NCBI GenBank assembly: GCA_965249555.1
Contig: OZ252243.1
Location: 1,216,001-1,280,000 of the forward strand
Direction of reading: 5' to 3'
From: Nitrosopumilus sp.
Lineage (GTDB): Archaea; Thermoproteota; Nitrososphaeria; Nitrososphaerales; Nitrosopumilaceae
Length of the DNA stretch: 64,000 nucleotides
Shown one piece after another: positions 39,307-50,688 of the stretch. Every line of letters starts with the position of its first letter. The first letter of the stretch is position 1. Below the pieces are notes generated by a model. The model was not told where the DNA came from. It saw only the letters and a list, made by a program, of their open reading frames with translations, and did not search any database. The position numbers and the translations under genes were made by a program.

Positions 39307-39864
39307 TCAATCAGAAAAAAACTTTTTCAAATCATTATTTTTTGTAACCAAATCAAGCCAGTCTACTTCCTCATTACCTATGTTGCTGGAAATTAGGGTT
39401 GTCACTTTTTCTACTACTTCTTGAATGCTTTTGCCACTAGTGTTAATTTGGAATGCCTTTTCTTGGAATTTGCTCATTACATCATGTGCAATAATACCCA
39501 ATACTTCACTACCTAAATTTTCTCTACTTTTCTCATCTGTGTATTTCCTTTCTTTGTATACTGAGATCAAATCATAAGGGCTTTTTCTCAAAACAATCAT
39601 TATCTTTACCATAATTTTATCTAAAACATAAGGTGCTAAATGGCCTACAATCACATTTTTCTCTGAAATTTTTTGCTCAAGGATTTTTTCTAGTTTTACA
39701 GTATCTACATCGTTTGTATCCTTATTTTTTTCAAATAATCCTGCATCTCTTGCTATGTTATTAATATCAATTATGGATAGTTCGAGCTTTTCAGCAATTT
39801 TCTGCGTAATAGTGTGTTTTCCAACTCCTGGATTTCCAGTAATTACAATTGACATGTTATACAA
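39307..39864 (-). CDS. Adenylate kinase family (AK6/Fap7-like)
   Basis: ITGNPGVGKHT, VGHLA. Confidence 0.85.
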   Translation of the reverse strand: MYNMSIVITGNPGVGKHTITQKIAEKLELSIIDINNIARDAGLFEKNKDTNDVDTVKLEKILEQKISEKNVIVGHLAPYVLDKIMVKIMIVLRKSPYDLISVYKERKYTDEKSRENLGSEVLGIIAHDVMSKFQEKAFQINTSGKSIQEVVEKVTTLISSNIGNEEVDWLDLVTKNNDLKKFFSD

Positions 39865-39919
39865 TCACAATAAACTGCATTAAACGATTTCTGTAATACT
39901 AATAAGTAGAACTGAATTT

Positions 39920-41116
39920 TTGACTATATTGCAAATTGGTTTACTAGGTAAAGCAAATGTTGGAAAATCCACATTTTTTTCAGCTGCAACTGAAACTCCT
40001 GCCGCATCTGGTAATTTCCCTTTTACAACAATTGAACCAAATGTTGGTGTGGCTTATGTTAAAGCTGATTGTGCTTGCAAACATTTTGGTATACAACATG
40101 AAAATGAATTATGTGCTAATGGCATTCGTTTTATTCCAGTTAAACTCATTGACATTGCAGGATTGGTTCCAGGTGCACATGAAGGAAAGGGATTAGGAAA
40201 TCAATTTCTTGATGATGCACGACAAGCTGAAGTTTTGATTCATGTAGTTGACATTGCTGGTAGTACTGATATTCAAGGACAACCAGTTCCAGTTGGGACA
40301 CATGACCCTCTAGAAGATGTTGTATTTGTTCAAGATGAATTTGATCAATGGTTTGCAGATATTCTCAAAAGAGAATGGGATAGGATTACCCGTGAAATAG
40401 ATCAGAAAAGAGCCAAACTTACTGATGGCATTGCAAAACGATTTTCTGGATTAGGTATTAAAGACTATCAAGTACATGTAGTGTTACAAAAACTAGGTCT
40501 TATTTCTAGAAATCCTAAAGAGTGGGAAGATTCTGATATCCAAACTTTTGTTAAAGAATTAAGAAAAAATACAAAACCAATGATTATTGCTGCAAATAAA
40601 GCAGATCTATGTCACGATCTTGATATTCTTAAAAAAATTCCAGATCCTGTAATTCCTTGTAGTGCCGAAACTGAATTACTTTTACGAAAAGCATCAAAAG
40701 CAGGAATTGTAGATTATTCTTCAGGAGATGAAGGTTTTAAAATAATTGAAGGAAAAGAAATTCTACCTCCTCAACAAAAAGCACTAGATTTGGTAAAGTA
40801 TGTATTTTCTAAAATCCCATCTACTGGAATTCAGAAAATTCTAAACACTGCCGTTTTTGATTCTCTGAGCTTTATTGTTGTATACCCTGTAGAAGATGAA
40901 ACTAAACTAACCAATAAAGATGGCATCATTTTACCTGATACAAAATTACTTCCACAGGATTCTACTGCAAAAGATTTGGCAGTTTTAATTCATGCCGATA
41001 TTGCTAAGGGATTCTTACATGCAATTGATTGTAAAACTAAACAAAGAATCAGTGGTGATCAAAAACTCAAAAATGGCGATGTGATCAAAATTGTATCCAC
41101 GTTAAGTAGGGGCTAA
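39920..41116 (+). CDS. ychF: YchF/OLA1 family ATPase/GTPase
   Basis: GKANVGKST, PFTTIEPN, DIAGL, NKAD, TGS domain. Confidence 0.92.
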   Translation: MTILQIGLLGKANVGKSTFFSAATETPAASGNFPFTTIEPNVGVAYVKADCACKHFGIQHENELCANGIRFIPVKLIDIAGLVPGAHEGKGLGNQFLDDARQAEVLIHVVDIAGSTDIQGQPVPVGTHDPLEDVVFVQDEFDQWFADILKREWDRITREIDQKRAKLTDGIAKRFSGLGIKDYQVHVVLQKLGLISRNPKEWEDSDIQTFVKELRKNTKPMIIAANKADLCHDLDILKKIPDPVIPCSAETELLLRKASKAGIVDYSSGDEGFKIIEGKEILPPQQKALDLVKYVFSKIPSTGIQKILNTAVFDSLSFIVVYPVEDETKLTNKDGIILPDTKLLPQDSTAKDLAVLIHADIAKGFLHAIDCKTKQRISGDQKLKNGDVIKIVSTLSRG

Positions 41117-41117
41117 C

Positions 41118-42101
41118 ATGTTAGGCTTAGGAATTGAAAGTACAGCACATACATTTTCTTGCGCTATAATTGAAAAAAAAGGAAAGCAAGGAAGGATTCT
41201 TTCTGATGTCCGAAAAATTTATCGTCCTGCAAAAGGAGAGGGAATTCATCCAAGAGAAGCATCACGTCATCATATTGAGAATAGTTCTTCAGTATTGTTT
41301 GAATGTCTTAGGGAGGCAAATATTACAATCAAAGATCTAGATCTTATTTCTTATGCTGCAGGTCCAGGATTAGGTCCATGTTTGCGTGTTGGTGCAGTTG
41401 TTGCAAGGTCTTTAGCCTCTTTTTATAAAATTCCAATTTATCCTGTCAACCATGCAATTGGTCATATTGAATTAGGAAAGTTACTTACAGGTGCAACAAA
41501 TCCTTTGGTACTTTTAGTATCTGGAGGACATACTATGCTTTTGGCATTTCTTAACAAACAGTGGAGAGTTTTTGGTGAGACTTTAGATATTACATTGGGT
41601 CAATTACTTGACCAATTTGGAAGATCTATTGGATTTGCTTCTCCATGTGGAAAAAATATAGAAGAGTTAGCATCTGCATCTTCTAATTATGTTACATTGC
41701 CATATTCCGTAAAAGGAAATGATGTTTCTTTTTCAGGTTTATTGTCTGCTACAAAATCCGTTGCAAAGAAAAGTAAAGTAGATGCATGTTATTCACTTCA
41801 AGAAACTGCTTTTGCAATGATTAGCGAGGTAGTGGAGCGTGCCTTGTCATTTACTAGCAAAAAAGAATTATTGATAGTAGGTGGTGTTGCAGCTAACAAA
41901 AGATTATCTGAAATGCTTCATGATGTATGTAAACGACATGGATGTAAGTTCTTTGCAGTTCCATTGCAATATGCAGGAGACTGCGGAAGTCAAATATGTT
42001 GGACTGGGCTTTTAGAATCACAAGTCAAGCAAGGTGTTTTACTCAAAGATACTTTGGTTACACAGTCTTGGAGATTAGATTCAGTTAAAGTAGATTATTG
42101 A
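41118..42101 (+). CDS. kae1: KEOPS t6A synthase Kae1
   Basis: GIESTAH, GPGL, HAIGH, VSGGHT, GGVAAN. Confidence 0.95.
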   Translation: MLGLGIESTAHTFSCAIIEKKGKQGRILSDVRKIYRPAKGEGIHPREASRHHIENSSSVLFECLREANITIKDLDLISYAAGPGLGPCLRVGAVVARSLASFYKIPIYPVNHAIGHIELGKLLTGATNPLVLLVSGGHTMLLAFLNKQWRVFGETLDITLGQLLDQFGRSIGFASPCGKNIEELASASSNYVTLPYSVKGNDVSFSGLLSATKSVAKKSKVDACYSLQETAFAMISEVVERALSFTSKKELLIVGGVAANKRLSEMLHDVCKRHGCKFFAVPLQYAGDCGSQICWTGLLESQVKQGVLLKDTLVTQSWRLDSVKVDY

Positions 42102-42418
42102 TTTTTGTTATTAATTGCCTCATCGATACTTTTGAGCCAACTTTTTGTATTGAAAACTCCAAACTTGTAAGTTTGTTCATCTTTACCTGTCTTTACAGTA
42201 AAACATACTTTTTTTATTAACAATCCCTCTTTCCATGTTTTGGTTACATCCTCTAATGAAATATCCAGTATAGTATCACCCATATGTTTAGAAAAATCCA
42301 TCAATCGTGCCCTTGTTTTATCAAATGCTAATCTCTTGTTAGTTAATGTCAGAATTCCTGAACTTAAATTATCTTCACTACAATCTTCTTGTTTTATTTT
42401 TCTCTCTCCGTCTTCCAT
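42095..42418 (-). CDS. Small PH/GRAM-like domain protein
   Basis: GILTLTNKRLAF pattern. Confidence 0.65.
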   Translation of the reverse strand: MEDGERKIKQEDCSEDNLSSGILTLTNKRLAFDKTRARLMDFSKHMGDTILDISLEDVTKTWKEGLLIKKVCFTVKTGKDEQTYKFGVFNTKSWLKSIDEAINNKNQ

Positions 42419-42440
42419 GATTAATTTTTATTGAATCCCT

Positions 42441-43076
42441 TTGGATATAATGTTAATGAAATTAAGAAAAAAAGGAGCAGAAGCTGACATATATCAATCT
42501 AAATGGCAAAATTCTAAAGCAATTCTCAAAATTAGAAAAATAAAAAATTATCGTAATCCTTCTCTTGATTCAAAAATACGTAAACAAAGAACAATAAAAG
42601 AATCCCAAATCATATCTCTAGTAAAGTCGTTTGGAATTCCAACACCTCTTGTTTATTTTGTGAACTTGGAAAAAGCTATAATCGTAATGCAGGAAATTCC
42701 TGGAAAACCAGTTCATGATTTACCCGAATCAAAAATTATTGAATTATCCAAAGAAATTGGAAAATTAGTTGGAACATTGCACAAAAATGGAGTAATGCAC
42801 GGAGATTTGACAACATCAAACTTCATTTTGTTCCAAAACACTGTTTTTGTCATTGATTTTGGATTATCTCAAAATACAATAAAACCTGAAGATCATGCAG
42901 TTGATTTGAGATTAATCAAAGAAATTCTTAACAGTGCTCATGCAAAAATCATGGAACCTGCTTGGAAAAATTTCTTAATTGGTTACAAATCTATTGTTGG
43001 AAATGCAAATTACATTAAAATCACCAAACTAGTTTCAGATATTGAAAGTCGTGGTAGGTATGCAACAGTCATTTGA
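42441..43076 (+). CDS. bud32: KEOPS kinase Bud32
   Basis: KGAEA, HGDLTTSN, IDFGL. Confidence 0.93.
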   Translation: MDIMLMKLRKKGAEADIYQSKWQNSKAILKIRKIKNYRNPSLDSKIRKQRTIKESQIISLVKSFGIPTPLVYFVNLEKAIIVMQEIPGKPVHDLPESKIIELSKEIGKLVGTLHKNGVMHGDLTTSNFILFQNTVFVIDFGLSQNTIKPEDHAVDLRLIKEILNSAHAKIMEPAWKNFLIGYKSIVGNANYIKITKLVSDIESRGRYATVI

Positions 43077-43608
43077 TCTATTTTTTGTATCCTCAAATGG
43101 CCACAAATATCAAGAAGCAAAAAAAATTTTAGATTCTTTTGGAATAAAACTTGGTTTTTTCAAATTGGATTTAGAAGAGATTCAATCAAATTCACTTAAA
43201 GATATTGCATCAAAAAAAGCAAAAGATGCATTTTCAAAATGTAAAAAACCTATAATAATTGAAGATGACGGTTTGTTCATTGATTCCCTTGATGGATTTC
43301 CAGGTCCATATTCATCATATGTTTTAAAAACAATTGGAAACAAAGGAATTCTTAATCTTTTAAAAAATAACAGAAAGGCAAAGTTTGTCTCTATTATTAG
43401 CTATTGTGATAAAAAAACTCTACAATCTTTTGATGCAAAACTTGATGGTACTATATCGTATTCACAGAAAGGAAAAGGTTGGGGGTATGATCCAATTTTT
43501 ATACCAAAAAATACCCGGAAAACATTTGCTGAAATAAATAACAAAAATGAATTATCACATAGGTACAAAGCATTGAAAAAATTTTCTAATTGGTATTTGC
43601 ACAAGTAG
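43060..43608 (+). CDS. rdgB: Non-canonical purine NTP pyrophosphatase (RdgB/HAM1)
   Basis: SSNGHK, EDDGL, FPGPYS, GYDPIF, SHR. Confidence 0.93.
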   Translation: MQQSFDLFFVSSNGHKYQEAKKILDSFGIKLGFFKLDLEEIQSNSLKDIASKKAKDAFSKCKKPIIIEDDGLFIDSLDGFPGPYSSYVLKTIGNKGILNLLKNNRKAKFVSIISYCDKKTLQSFDAKLDGTISYSQKGKGWGYDPIFIPKNTRKTFAEINNKNELSHRYKALKKFSNWYLHK

Positions 43609-44614
43609 GAATATAACGATCAATTAATCGTTCATTATTCTGTAAAATTGAAATTCTTGAAACAAAACTTTCATCCATTACTGAAAATATCTTACTTTGT
43701 TTTGCAACTTGTTCACTAAAATTTCTTATCTCTTCCATTTCTAACATATTAGAATGTTCTAATCTATTAGTTGACCGACCAATATGCATGTATGATTTTA
43801 TTTCAATAAAGTGTGGACTAGCTTTTCTAACCATTTCTGCAAATGCTGGAATCATTTCTTTTATGTCATTATAATCTCTAATCAAAGTAATTCTTAGAAC
43901 TGTTCTTGTTTTCAAATGTTTTAACATTGAAAGAGTTCTGTTCCATCTTTCCCATGAATCATCATATTTTGGTTGGTTTATTCTCTTAAATGATTCATAG
44001 TCTGCAGCGTTTGTTGATAAGTACAATTGTGTTGGTAATGCATCTTCATCTTGTAGTCTTTGTATCATATCTGGTTCTTGTCCATTAGTTACAAGAAAAG
44101 TTGATTTTGTTGCTTTAAGTGAGTGTAGATATTTGATTAGTTCTGGCAACTTTGGATACATTGTTGGTTCACCAGAAAGTGAAATTGCATAATGACTAGG
44201 TAATAATGATTCATCTAATCTTTGTTTATCGTTTCTTGAATCTCCATAATAGCCGTTGATCAGTTCTTTTCTCTCAATCATCAATTTTGTCAAGATCTCT
44301 TCAGGTTCTGCAACTTGTTTTGGATCCATTTTTAATGAATCATAAAATTCCATTGGTCTCCAACAATATACACAACGATTCTCACAATGCATTCCAGCTG
44401 GGGAAAACTCCATACATGCATGAGTTGAAATTCCGTAAAACTTGTGTTTGTAGCAATTTCCTTCATGTTTGAATGATTTTTTTGTCCAATGACATAATGC
44501 CACTGTAGCATGATCCGCAATTCCATACTTTGCTTTTTTTAATTGCTTGGCTATTGCAGGTTTTATCTGAATTAAACGATCATCTTCTTCAACTGTTTCT
44601 CCAGAGCAACTCAT
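43586..44614 (-). CDS. taw1: 4-demethylwyosine synthase TYW1 (radical SAM)
   Basis: CHWTK, CYK, CENRCVYC, SLSGEPT. Confidence 0.93.
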   Translation of the reverse strand: MSCSGETVEEDDRLIQIKPAIAKQLKKAKYGIADHATVALCHWTKKSFKHEGNCYKHKFYGISTHACMEFSPAGMHCENRCVYCWRPMEFYDSLKMDPKQVAEPEEILTKLMIERKELINGYYGDSRNDKQRLDESLLPSHYAISLSGEPTMYPKLPELIKYLHSLKATKSTFLVTNGQEPDMIQRLQDEDALPTQLYLSTNAADYESFKRINQPKYDDSWERWNRTLSMLKHLKTRTVLRITLIRDYNDIKEMIPAFAEMVRKASPHFIEIKSYMHIGRSTNRLEHSNMLEMEEIRNFSEQVAKQSKIFSVMDESFVSRISILQNNERLIDRYIPTCANTN

Positions 44615-44751
44615 GAATCCTATTCTAATTTCTGTTTACTTAAATTGATCGTGTTTTTTGTCCATCATGGAATTTTTCTTAAAACTTGTTACAATTTAGA
44701 GTCGATTCTAGAGTGAGGTTTAATAACTGGATCCCCAAGGTAATTTTAGCA

Positions 44752-47190
44752 TTGAAAAATATCCATACTTTATCATTCCTAGTTTTGCTTTTAGCTACAT
44801 TAACGAGTATGCCTATAAACTACACTTTTGCTGCTGAGGACTTGGATAATGATGGTATTGACGATTCAGTTGATGCATGTCCAAATTTGCAAGAAGATCA
44901 TGTTGGCCCTGCTGATGGCTGTCCATCAGACTTTGTTCCATGGTATGATGAAGACTATGATGGAATACAAGATCATCTTGATCAATGTCCAAATATCAGA
45001 GAAAATTACAACGGCTTCCAAGACGATGACGGTTGCCCTGACACAATTTCTGAAGGTGGAGCAGGTGGATTACCAGATTCTGATGGTGATGGTTTTGTTG
45101 ACACGAAAGATTCATGTCCAAATCAACCAGAGACATTCAATGGTGTTTTAGATAGAGATGGTTGTCCAGATGATTTTGGTGCAGGTGACCGAGATTTAGA
45201 TGGAGTTCCAGATCCTGTAGATGCATGTCCACTGAGTGCAGAAAATTACAATAGATTCCAAGACGATGATGGATGTCCAGATTCTGTTCCAGGTTATTCT
45301 TTTGCTGATACAGATAATGATAGTATTCCAGATAACATTGATTTATGCATAAACGATCCAGAAGTGTATAATGGTTATCTTGATACAGACGGTTGCCCTG
45401 ATGTTCAATTAAATTCTTCATTTGATGATAAAGATGGTGACGGAATAGCAGATCAATTCGATATCTGTCCTAATAATGCAGAAACTTACAATAGATTTTC
45501 TGATTATGATGGCTGTCCAGATTCACTTCCATCGTTTACTGGTACATTAAATGATATAGATGGTGATAGAGTTATGGATGCTGATGATGCATGTCCTTTA
45601 GATCCTGAAAGATACAACGGCTTCCAAGACGATGACGGTTGTCCAGACATTCCTCCTTATTCTAGTGATACTGATTCAGACCTTGATGGAATTCCAAATA
45701 GTATTGATCAATGTCCACATGTGAAAGAAACTTACAATCGATATCAAGACGATGACGGTTGTCCAGACTTTCTTAGTGATGCTAGTGGAGTTCCAGACAC
45801 TGATGGTGATGGAATTAATGATTATGTAGATTTATGTCCAAACGAACCAGAAACATTCAATGGTATTTTAGATAGGGATGGCTGTCCAGATGAGTATTTC
45901 TCAAAGAATGATCGTGACTTGGATGGAATTCCTGATAATCTAGATCAATGTCCAACTGCTAAAGAAACTTACAATAGATTCCAAGACGATGACGGCTGCC
46001 CTGATACTATTTCTGAATTTTCAGAATCAGATTTTGATGGCGATAGAATTTCTGATTTGAAAGATAAATGTCCTCTCGAACCAGAAGTGTATAATAACTA
46101 TCAGGATACAGACGGTTGTCCAGATGTTCTAGTTTCAGATTCTGATAATGATGGAATCAGAGATACATTAGATCAATGTCCTACAGCTGCAGAAACTTGG
46201 AATAGATATCAAGACGATGACGGCTGCCCTGATAACCCGTCAGAATCTGATTCAGACTTTGATGGTATCTTAGATTCAGTGGATCAATGCCCTCTTGACA
46301 GAGAACGTTACAATGGCTTCCAAGACGAAGACGGCTGCCCAGATTATCCTGATTTTGTTACTACCTTTGATTCAGACTTTGATGGAATTCCTGACGAGTC
46401 AGATCAATGTCCATTAGTTCCAGAAACTTACAATAAATTCCAAGACGAAGACGGCTGCCCAGACCTTGTAGCAGATAATAAAGAAACTCCAGATACCGAC
46501 AATGATGGAATTAATGATTACAGAGATCACTGTCCAAACCAACCAGAAACATATAATGGAATTCTTGATTTAGACGGTTGTCCAGATGAGTATTTCTCAA
46601 AGAGTGATCGTGACTTGGATGGATTACCAGATGCTATTGATGTATGTCCAACTGCTAAAGAAACTTACAATAGATATCAAGACGATGACGGCTGCCCAGA
46701 TTTCATATCAGAATCATTTGTAGTTGACTCTGATAATGATGGCATTAATGACGTATATGATGATTGCCCTCTAGTTGCTGAAAACTATAATGGATTCCAA
46801 GACGATGACGGTTGCCCAGATGTTGATGACATTCAACCTGATTCTGATGGTGATGGTGTTTCAGATGTGATGGATATGTGTCCAGAACAAAACGAAACTT
46901 GGAATAGATATGTTGATTATGACGGTTGCCCTGATGTCGTGCCAACTGGAAATATTACAATTGATAGTGATGATGATGGCATAAATGATGAGATTGATTT
47001 ATGTCCAAATGAAAAAGAATCTTGGAACAAGTACAATGATCATGACGGCTGTCCTGACATTGCTCCAGAACAATCAAGATACAAACATGATGCTGATTTA
47101 GACAATATTATCAATGACTATGACTTGTGTCCTTTAGAACCAGAGGATTATGATGGTGATAGAGATACCGACGGCTGTCCAGACCCTTAG
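44752..47190 (+). CDS. Secreted thrombospondin type 3 repeat (Ca-binding) protein 1
   Basis: Signal peptide (likely TTG start 44752); ~20 DxDxDGIxDxxDxCP..E.YN..D.DGCPD units. Confidence 0.9.
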   Translation: MKNIHTLSFLVLLLATLTSMPINYTFAAEDLDNDGIDDSVDACPNLQEDHVGPADGCPSDFVPWYDEDYDGIQDHLDQCPNIRENYNGFQDDDGCPDTISEGGAGGLPDSDGDGFVDTKDSCPNQPETFNGVLDRDGCPDDFGAGDRDLDGVPDPVDACPLSAENYNRFQDDDGCPDSVPGYSFADTDNDSIPDNIDLCINDPEVYNGYLDTDGCPDVQLNSSFDDKDGDGIADQFDICPNNAETYNRFSDYDGCPDSLPSFTGTLNDIDGDRVMDADDACPLDPERYNGFQDDDGCPDIPPYSSDTDSDLDGIPNSIDQCPHVKETYNRYQDDDGCPDFLSDASGVPDTDGDGINDYVDLCPNEPETFNGILDRDGCPDEYFSKNDRDLDGIPDNLDQCPTAKETYNRFQDDDGCPDTISEFSESDFDGDRISDLKDKCPLEPEVYNNYQDTDGCPDVLVSDSDNDGIRDTLDQCPTAAETWNRYQDDDGCPDNPSESDSDFDGILDSVDQCPLDRERYNGFQDEDGCPDYPDFVTTFDSDFDGIPDESDQCPLVPETYNKFQDEDGCPDLVADNKETPDTDNDGINDYRDHCPNQPETYNGILDLDGCPDEYFSKSDRDLDGLPDAIDVCPTAKETYNRYQDDDGCPDFISESFVVDSDNDGINDVYDDCPLVAENYNGFQDDDGCPDVDDIQPDSDGDGVSDVMDMCPEQNETWNRYVDYDGCPDVVPTGNITIDSDDDGINDEIDLCPNEKESWNKYNDHDGCPDIAPEQSRYKHDADLDNIINDYDLCPLEPEDYDGDRDTDGCPDP

Positions 47191-47199
47191 TCTCGTAAA

Positions 47200-50100
47200 A
47201 TGAAAAAACAATATCTTTTAGGATTTTTGCTTTTACTTACTTCTACCATTGGTATGCTACCAGGTAGTGTTTATGCAACTGAAGTAATTGATTCTGATGG
47301 TGATGGAGTGCCAAATGATTTAGATCAATGTCCTAACCTTCTTGAAGATTATGACTCACAATATGGCACCAACATAGACGGCTGTCCTGCAGACTTTGTT
47401 CCATGGTATGATGCAGACTTTGATGGAATACAAGATCATCTAGATAACTGTCCAACTGTAAAGGAAACTTACAACAAATTCCAAGATGATGACGGCTGCC
47501 CTGATTTATCACCTGTTGATGGAAAAGGTATTGCTGATTCTGATGGTGATAATTATCCTGATTATCTGGATTTATGTCCAAATCAACCAGAGACATTCAA
47601 TGGCATTGATGACAAAGACGGTTGCCCTGATGATTTCGCTACTTTAACAGATAGTGATCAAGATGGCATTTCTGATACAATGGATGCATGTCCACTAGAA
47701 TCTGAAACTTACAATCTTTACTTAGATGAAGACGGCTGTCCAGATTCTGTTGATACAATAGATTCAACATACACTTTCCCAGATACTGATGGTGATGGAA
47801 TTGAAGATAGATGGGATGCATGTATTGATGAGCCTGAAAATTTCAATGGATTCCTAGACTCTGATGGTTGTCCAGATGTTGAGGGCACAACTGCAGATGC
47901 CATACTTGATGCTGATTATGACGGAATCCCAGATGATAGAGATGCTTGTCCCTTAGAGCGTGAGAATTACAATAAATTCCAAGACGAAGACGGTTGTCCT
48001 GATGAAATTGAATTTTCAACTATAGGTGATGCTGATGGTGATGGCATTGTAGATCCAAATGATTCTTGTCCTTTTAGTCCTGAAACTTATAATAAATTCC
48101 AAGACGATGACGGCTGCCCTGATTATGTAGCAGACAACAAACTTACTGCTGATACTGATGGTGATGGCATTGCAGATGTTTTAGACTTGTGTCCAAATCA
48201 ACCAGAAACATTCAATGGCATTGATGACAAAGATGGTTGTCCTGATAGCTTTGATTCTAAACTTGATTCTGATATGGATGGCATTATAGATACAATGGAT
48301 GCATGTCCACTAGAACCTGAAACTTACAATAGATTCCTAGATGACGATGGATGCCCTGACACTGCTGATTCCATTGTTTCATCTTACCTCTTCCCAGATA
48401 CTGATGGTGATGGAATTGAAGATAGATGGGATGCATGTATTGATGAGCCTGAAAATTTCAATGGATTCCTAGACTCTGATGGTTGTCCAGATGTTGAGGG
48501 CACAACTGCAGATGCCATACTTGATGCTGATTATGACGGAATCCAAGATCATTTAGATCAATGTCCAGCATTAGCTGAAAGATACAACGGATTCCAAGAT
48601 GAAGACGGATGTCCCGATGCTATTGATTATCAAACAGTCGGTGATACTGATGGTGATGGCATCTATGATGATGTAGATCAATGTCCAACTGCTAAAGAAA
48701 CTTACAATTTTTACTTGGATGGTGATGGCTGCCCTGATTATGTAGCAGACAACAAACTTTCTGCTGATACTGATGGTGATGGCATTGCAGATGTTTTAGA
48801 CTTGTGCCCAAATCAACCAGAAACATTCAATGGCATTGATGACAAAGATGGTTGTCCTGATAGCTTTGATTTTAAACTTGATTCTGATATGGATGGCATT
48901 ATAGATACAATGGATGCATGTCCACTAGAACCTGAAACTTACAATAGATTCCTAGATGACGATGGATGCCCTGACACTGCTGATTCCATTGTTTCATCTT
49001 ACCTCTTCCCAGATACTGATGGTGATGGAATTGAAGATAGATGGGATGCATGTATTGATGAGCCTGAAAATTTCAATGGATTCCTAGACTCTGATGGTTG
49101 TCCAGATGTTGAGGGCACAACTGCAGATGCTATACTTGATGCTGATTATGACGGAATCCCAGATGATAGAGATGCTTGTCCCTTAGAGCGTGAGAATTAT
49201 AATAGATATCTTGATGAAGACGGATGTCCCGATGCTATTGATTATCAAATAGTTGGTGATGCTGATGGTGATGGCATTGCAGATCCAAATGATTCTTGTC
49301 CTTTTAGTCCTGAAACTTATAATAAATTCCAAGACGATGACGGCTGCCCTGATTATGTAGCAGACAACAAACTTTCTGCTGATACTGATGGTGATGGCAT
49401 TGCAGATGTTTTAGACTTGTGTCCAAATCAACCAGAAACATTCAATGGCATTGATGACAAAGATGGTTGTCCTGATAGCTTTGATTCTAAACTTGATTCT
49501 GATATGGATGGCATTATAGATACAATGGATGCATGTCCACTAGAACCTGAAACTTACAATCTTTACTTAGATGAAGACGGCTGTCCAGATTCTGTTGATA
49601 CAATAGATTCAACATACACTTTCCCAGATACTGATGGTGATGGAATTGAAGATAGATGGGATGCATGTATTGATGAGCCTGAAAATTACAATGGATTCCT
49701 AGACTCTGATGGTTGTCCAGATGTTGAGGGCACAACTGCAGATGCTATACTTGATGCTGATTATGACGGAATCCAAGATCATTTAGATCAATGTCCAGCA
49801 TTAGCTGAAAGATACAACGGATTCCAAGATGAAGACGGATGTCCCGATGCTATTGATTATCAAACAGTCGGTGATACTGATGGTGATGGCATCTATGATG
49901 ATGTAGATGAATGTCCAACTGCTAAAGAAACTTACAATTTTTACTTGGATGGTGATGGCTGTCCTGATTATGTAGCAGACAACAAATTTACTGTTGATTC
50001 TGATGGCGACATGATTCCAGATGTTTTAGACTTGTGTCCAAATCAACCAGAGACATTCAATGGATTCCTAGATGGTGATGGTTGTCCTGATAGCTTTGAT

Positions 50101-50601
50101 TCTGTACTTGATTCTGATATGGATGGCATTATAGATACAATGGATGCATGTCCACTAGAACCTGAAACTTACAATCTTTACTTAGATGAAGACGGCTGTC
50201 CAGATTCTGTTGATACAATAGATTCAACATACACTTTCCCAGATACTGATGGTGATGGAATTGATGATAGATGGGATCAATGCTTAAACGAGCCTGAAAA
50301 TTATAATGGATTCCTAGACTCTGATGGCTGCCCAGATATCCTTGGTGCAGAATCAACCTCTCCTACATATGCTGATTCTGATGGTGATGGATATCCAGAT
50401 GTGACTGACTCTTGTCCAACAAGCCCAGAAACTTGGAATAAATATCTAGACTCTGATGGCTGCCCAGATACTGCTCCAGAACAAAAGAGATTTGCCCATG
50501 ATGATGATCTAGATGGCATCATTAATGATGAAGATTCATGTCCTCTTGATCCTGAAGATTATGATGGAGATAGAGACTCTGACGGCTGTCCAGATCCATA
50601 A
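47200..50601 (+). CDS. Secreted thrombospondin type 3 repeat protein 2
   Basis: Signal peptide MKKQYLLG; TSP3 units in a 615-bp higher-order repeat. Confidence 0.92.
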   Translation: MKKQYLLGFLLLLTSTIGMLPGSVYATEVIDSDGDGVPNDLDQCPNLLEDYDSQYGTNIDGCPADFVPWYDADFDGIQDHLDNCPTVKETYNKFQDDDGCPDLSPVDGKGIADSDGDNYPDYLDLCPNQPETFNGIDDKDGCPDDFATLTDSDQDGISDTMDACPLESETYNLYLDEDGCPDSVDTIDSTYTFPDTDGDGIEDRWDACIDEPENFNGFLDSDGCPDVEGTTADAILDADYDGIPDDRDACPLERENYNKFQDEDGCPDEIEFSTIGDADGDGIVDPNDSCPFSPETYNKFQDDDGCPDYVADNKLTADTDGDGIADVLDLCPNQPETFNGIDDKDGCPDSFDSKLDSDMDGIIDTMDACPLEPETYNRFLDDDGCPDTADSIVSSYLFPDTDGDGIEDRWDACIDEPENFNGFLDSDGCPDVEGTTADAILDADYDGIQDHLDQCPALAERYNGFQDEDGCPDAIDYQTVGDTDGDGIYDDVDQCPTAKETYNFYLDGDGCPDYVADNKLSADTDGDGIADVLDLCPNQPETFNGIDDKDGCPDSFDFKLDSDMDGIIDTMDACPLEPETYNRFLDDDGCPDTADSIVSSYLFPDTDGDGIEDRWDACIDEPENFNGFLDSDGCPDVEGTTADAILDADYDGIPDDRDACPLERENYNRYLDEDGCPDAIDYQIVGDADGDGIADPNDSCPFSPETYNKFQDDDGCPDYVADNKLSADTDGDGIADVLDLCPNQPETFNGIDDKDGCPDSFDSKLDSDMDGIIDTMDACPLEPETYNLYLDEDGCPDSVDTIDSTYTFPDTDGDGIEDRWDACIDEPENYNGFLDSDGCPDVEGTTADAILDADYDGIQDHLDQCPALAERYNGFQDEDGCPDAIDYQTVGDTDGDGIYDDVDECPTAKETYNFYLDGDGCPDYVADNKFTVDSDGDMIPDVLDLCPNQPETFNGFLDGDGCPDSFDSVLDSDMDGIIDTMDACPLEPETYNLYLDEDGCPDSVDTIDSTYTFPDTDGDGIDDRWDQCLNEPENYNGFLDSDGCPDILGAESTSPTYADSDGDGYPDVTDSCPTSPETWNKYLDSDGCPDTAPEQKRFAHDDDLDGIINDEDSCPLDPEDYDGDRDSDGCPDP
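47776..50340. repeat. 615-bp (205-aa) near-identical tandem repeat
   Basis: TTCCCAGATACTGATGGTGATGGAATTGA recurs at 47776, 48391, 49006, 49621 and 50236. Confidence 0.92.
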
Positions 50602-50688
50602 ACAATCTTTTTCTTGATTTTAAAATTATAGAAGAATCTATTTAACGTGAAACTTAATAAATACTTGATAATAGCGGAGTCAGAGAGA